Assembly: GCA_963701075.1 (NCBI GenBank)
Contig: OY969559.1
Coordinates: 64,001 to 128,000 of the forward strand
Direction of reading: 5' to 3'
Source of the DNA: an uncultured Nitrososphaerota archaeon
GTDB lineage: Archaea; Thermoproteota; Nitrososphaeria; Nitrososphaerales; Nitrosopumilaceae
Length of the DNA: 64,000 nt
Part shown: in pieces, positions 62,708 to 64,000 of the stretch
How the letters are laid out: every line of letters starts with the position of its first letter
Numbering within the stretch: the stretch's first letter is position 1
Notes under the pieces: generated by a model
Databases searched by the model: none
What the model was told of the DNA's origin: nothing
The model's input: the letters and a program-made list of their open reading frames with translations, nothing else
Translations under genes and position numbers: made by a program

Positions 62708-64000
62708 CTACAAGAGTCCTACAAAATATGATAATTCATGTGATTCGGATGTGCCTCCTTTATTTGGCCAGGCAGTTAGTACGTTAGCGTATATGCTGGC
62801 AAGGCCTGTAGAGGCCTGGGTGGGCACGTAATATGGAATTACTACCTCTGAAGTACCTGGGTTTATCGTGTATTGTGCTGAGCCTGTCCCCAATGTATCA
62901 AGGTTTGAATCAAAGAGGTCTATAGTTACAAGAGTTGGAATAGTATAGCTTGATGAAATATTTACCCGGACATAGCCGTTCTGGCCTCGGGTAAATGTTG
63001 ATACTGGGTTTCCATTTTGGTCAGTTGGTTGGACTGATGTTATCTGGATACCACTTGAATTGGTAGAGTTGTTCTCCAAGTTTGCAATGCATGGGTTTGT
63101 CCCATCAACAACTGTCAGATCTCCATTGCTGTCAAAACATGACTGTACATTGCTGTTTGCAAGACCATACTCGACGTTGAGATTGTCGTTTATTTGTACG
63201 ACTTGTTCTCGGTTTACTGCTGCATAGCTGTCAAATGTTTGCATTGCTTGGTCCAAACTTCCGCCGTTAGCAAGTACGTTTTGCATGGCAGCATTTGCAG
63301 CAGCTACTCTTTGTTGCATGAAATTAAACTCTCCCTCAAAGACTCCCTGTGTAGCGTTATTTGGTATCGTAGAGAGGAAGGAAGAATAAGCCGCACTAGG
63401 AGTGGTAGAAGCAGTAGATTGTTGAAGTGCTGTCAGGTCTTGCTTGAGCTGGCTTGCAGCAACTACTCTTTGTTGTTGTACCAGTTCATTGTTAACTGTT
63501 GCAGCTGTTTCATTTCCAAGTATATTTGCCACTTGTTGCTTTGAGGCCTGAATCTCTTGCAAGATCTTTTGTGCCATAGGATCATTTTGTAGAGACGGAC
63601 CAACAAGAGTTGTAAACTGGGTGACGTTTCCAGAATTAGTTAGATTAGATACAGCGCCAGTAGAGTTGAGTGCAGCAAGATTGAGGTTTACTAGTGCAAT
63701 TGATTGGGCACCAGCGTTTCCAGCAGTACCATTTTGATATGCAAGTGCCAAAAGTTGTGCTTGGGTAGGACTCATAAACGTCATGGTATCGTTTTGTATG
63801 GCAACACCCAACATAACCTGTGCTTGAGCATTAGTCATCTTGGCTGATGCAGCAGATACCAGAGTTGTTCCAGTCAGGTTTTGTGGATGTACTGTACAAG
63901 TTTGTGGAGAAGTTGGCTGATATGATACTGGAATGGTAGCAGGATTCTCTAGACTAGCCGAGAGACATGATTCTGTAGTAAGAGGTGTTCCTCCATTGCT
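62708..64000 (-). CDS. Large S/T/N/Q-rich exported protein, 5' end outside the window
   Basis: Frame stays open from 63838 to the window edge; helical region, then a C-terminal Ig-like domain. Confidence 0.78.
   Translation of the reverse strand, partial: SNGGTPLTTESCLSASLENPATIPVSYQPTSPQTCTVHPQNLTGTTLVSAASAKMTNAQAQVMLGVAIQNDTMTFMSPTQAQLLALAYQNGTAGNAGAQSIALVNLNLAALNSTGAVSNLTNSGNVTQFTTLVGPSLQNDPMAQKILQEIQASKQQVANILGNETAATVNNELVQQQRVVAASQLKQDLTALQQSTASTTPSAAYSSFLSTIPNNATQGVFEGEFNFMQQRVAAANAAMQNVLANGGSLDQAMQTFDSYAAVNREQVVQINDNLNVEYGLANSNVQSCFDSNGDLTVVDGTNPCIANLENNSTNSSGIQITSVQPTDQNGNPVSTFTRGQNGYVRVNISSSYTIPTLVTIDLFDSNLDTLGTGSAQYTINPGTSEVVIPYYVPTQASTGLASIYANVLTAWPNKGGTSESHELSYFVGLL

Overview
Chromosomal segment of an ammonia-oxidising archaeon (Nitrososphaerota, probably Nitrosotalea-like; inferred from 4-hydroxybutyryl-CoA dehydratase plus ADP-forming CoA ligase, the gins-mcm-hel308 operon, paired Zfx-type ferredoxins and PEF-CTERM surface proteins). 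Most of it is housekeeping: rfcL/rfcS, argH, sdhACDB, hisS, aIF5B, ribosomal proteins, purU, glmM, rpiA and 7 tRNAs, one with a D-loop intron. An accessory hotspot lies at 3.8-11.9 kb. Main results: (1) a catalytically intact TnpB gene sits in a 1247-bp element (4022-5268) with imperfect IS6-like terminal inverted repeats and a perfect 8-bp target-site duplication (TAAAAGAC). That is DDE-type architecture rather than IS200/IS605-type; related ends recur as a 55-bp mini-element at 49330-49384. (2) A 4.8-kb integrase element is inserted at tRNA-Lys between 14-bp att repeats. (3) All eight clear single-base frameshifts fall in or directly beside an AGCT motif, suggesting methylation-induced sequencing errors rather than pseudogenes. 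(4) Eight GATC sites cluster in the gins/rfcS divergent promoter region. (5) The 4-hydroxybutyryl-CoA ligase has a diverged second copy nearby. Coordinates were read by eye and no database searches were run.
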